NCBI GenBank assembly: GCA_963926065.1
Contig: CAWUWQ010000150.1
Location: 1 to 49,453, forward strand
Length of the DNA: 49,453 nucleotides
Direction: 5' to 3'
Source: an uncultured Algoriphagus sp.
GTDB taxonomy: Bacteria; Bacteroidota; Bacteroidia; Cytophagales; Cyclobacteriaceae
A program made the position numbers and the translations under genes. The notes beneath the pieces were generated by a model. The model had not been told where the DNA came from. It did not search any database and saw only the letters and a list, made by a program, of their open reading frames with translations. Positions 47,127 through 49,453 of this stretch are shown piece after piece (the first letter of the stretch is position 1; each line of letters opens with the position of its first letter).

Positions 47127-49453
47127 ATGAGCTCACTAAAAAATCCACTTCTTTTTATATTCTTTCATTTTTTTATCAGCTCAGTTTCCCTTTGCCAAAT
47201 AGTATCTGGAAAGGTCACGGATGCTAAGACTGGCGAAGCACTCCCATTTACAAACGTTTTTATCAACAATACCACAATTGGTGCGATCACAGCCCTTGAT
47301 GGGACTTATGAGATCAAAGGTAAAATCCCTTCAAATATAGAACTGGTAGCTTCTTTCGTTGGATATGTGACCAAAGTAGTGGAAGTCAGCTTTGAAAATA
47401 GATCCTTGGTAACTATTGATTTTTTGCTTGAACCTCTTCAGTCGGTGCTTTCTGAAGTTGAGTTGAAATCGCGAAGAGACCGCGTATGGGAGCGAAATCT
47501 CAGCAGATTTGAAGATGTCTTTATTGCAGTGCCCGATGATCCTATTGCTGCTAGGTTGGTGCAAATTCTGAACCCATGGGTCATTGATTTTGAGCAAGTT
47601 AAAGTAGGTAAAGGAGCGAATTATGTGAAAGCAACCGCTCAAGAGCCAATCATTGTTGATAATAATGCCTTAGGATACAAAATTGAATTTTACCTTCAGG
47701 ATTATCGCTGGTCCAAAACAAGTTCACGCTATTATGGGCAGGTTTTTTATGCTGAAAAAACACCCAAAGATGAGAAAGAAGCTCAATTATGGAGGGAGAA
47801 TCGTGAAAGTAGTTTTCAAGGTTCCAGTCGACATTTGATTCAATCTATCATTGTCAATCAGGCTGATGCTCAAGAATTCCGGATGTATGAGTCTGTCGAG
47901 GCTCCGTTGGGCAGAGAACGTACCAATAGCTTTGATGTTGAATTTGGAGAAACCATCCTTCCATTTCCTGTTGATTCTGTTCGGAGGGTTTCACTTGAAA
48001 ATGGGAATTTTCGTATTTTTTGGCCTCAACGGGTCGAAATTCATTATTTGAAGAAATATGCACTCAATGAATATTACGTAGATTTCTATCATCCCATCAG
48101 CTGGATCATTGCTCCAAATGGGTATTTCGATGTTTATCGAGATGGAATTCCTGCACATCCTACCCAGTTGGTTCTCTCTGGAAGAATGGGAAGACAACGT
48201 GTGGCTAGGTCGCTTCCCTATGATTTTGTCCCAGATCTGGATTTTGATGATTTTGTAGCTGAAGTCGATAGCAGCAAACGGGCTTTCAATCAATGGAACA
48301 AACTCCGAGAGCAACCTTATCTCACTACAAATAAGGATTTCTATTATCCCGGAGAAGGAGTCTGGTTAGGTGGTCGGATGATTTATCAAAATCAACTTTT
48401 AGCGGACTCGCTCAGTAGGGTAGTATATGTGGACTTATTGGATGAAAAATCGAATGTCATTCAACAGGAAATATTTCCGATCGTCTCTGGCAAGATTGCA
48501 GGAGGTTTTACTTTACCGGAAAATCTTCAAGCGGGAGATTATTTTCTACGAGCATATACCCGATGGATGCTGAATTATCCAGAGCGGGATATTTTTCTCA
48601 GGCCAATTCCCGTGCTTGAAAAAGGTTCTGAAATTATTACTCAAGAACTTGATGAGGTCGAATACTATGGGGATATAAACATCACACAGACGAATGAAAA
48701 AAAGATGGTTCCTAAAGGAATTGAACTTCAAATTGACCTATCTATTCTCGATGAACTGGATCAAGCTACCGGAGCGGAGTTTACAGTTTCGATCACTGAT
48801 GCGGATTTGGTCAGTCCGATTTCCCAAAGACCAACAATTTTGAATGCCTTGGAATGGCTTGACCAAGAAGAAAAGGAAAATCAAACCTTAACGATACAGA
48901 ATCACATCGAATACGGAATTACCGTTCAAGGGCGATTTGTCAGTAATCGAAAGCGTGATCCAATGATCAATCCAATAACGCTAGTATTGGATGATTTGGC
49001 TGATTTTGGAATGGTGTATTCTGATTCTTCGGGTTACTTCAGGGCAACAGGATTGAATTTCACAGATTCCGCGCGATTATCAGCAGCTGCTTTGGACAAA
49101 AAGAAAAAGTCCTATGGATCTATAGAATTTATCCGAAATTCAAGCCCTATTCATCGAGGCTCTTTCCCAAAACTCAGTTACCAATTGGCTCAAGTAACCG
49201 TTGGCAAGCAAGCATACGATATCAAAGGGGATTTTATTCAGATGGAGGAGTTCACCAAAGAAGATCGGAAGATCGAGCGATTGCAGGATACCAATTACGG
49301 ATAGGAGAGCCTGATCGGAAAGTGACTCCTGAAATGTTAAAAAATTGGCCAGGAACTTCCCTTGCCACAATAGTTGGAATGCAGTTTGGGAATGGAAAAC
49401 TCGGGAATTATAATTATGGGATAAATGCCGGAAATCCACTGATCATCATCGAT
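47127..49453 (+). CDS. Secreted multidomain protein (carboxypeptidase-regulatory-like + MG2-like + possible TonB-plug-like region); frameshifted at about 49302 and running off the window
   Basis: Signal peptide, VSGKVTDAKTGEALPF...SFVGY; TNKDFYYPGE...VYVDL...YFLRAYT-x-WM; TAG at 49302-49304, -1 frame open 49304-49453; TATATTTG promoter element at 47074-47081. Confidence 0.75.

Noticed and set aside
49302-49325. Amber read-through or recoding at the TAG
   Set aside because: The same frame hits TGA seven codons later; the continuation is in the -1 frame.
1116-49439. Many short ORFs antisense to or overlapping recognised genes (e.g. 23277-23696, 28900-29328, 38525-38872, 36912-37226)
   Set aside because: They lie on top of well-supported genes and show no recognisable motifs; best explained as shadow ORFs.

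Overview
AT-rich Bacteroidota chromosomal segment, probably Cytophagales (Cyclobacteriaceae/Algoriphagus-like; inferred from gene content and TTTG-N19/20-TAnnTTTG promoters). Most of it is housekeeping: yceD-rpmF-fabH-efp-accB-accC, pdxA, rsmA-mgtE, greA, icmF, a 2-oxoacid dehydrogenase E2, cinA, folA, fmt, namZ, hisGDCB, menA, argS, arginase and speA. I found no rRNA, tRNA, CRISPR array or intact transposase. The most notable unannotated signals are: (1) a GxxExxY PD-(D/E)XK-like nuclease gene enclosed by 36-bp inverted arms built from CGCAAAG units, a candidate minimal mobile element; (2) a 27-aa His-rich leader peptide upstream of hisG with no classical intrinsic terminator; (3) a perfect 14-bp terminator hairpin between the greA promoter and its start codon; (4) a stand-alone Cache-like lipoprotein paired with a hybrid histidine kinase; (5) a 43-bp IS3-end-like palindrome nested in a terminator; (6) an exact 14-bp direct repeat bracketing a sugar kinase/transporter cassette; (7) several frameshifted or decayed genes.
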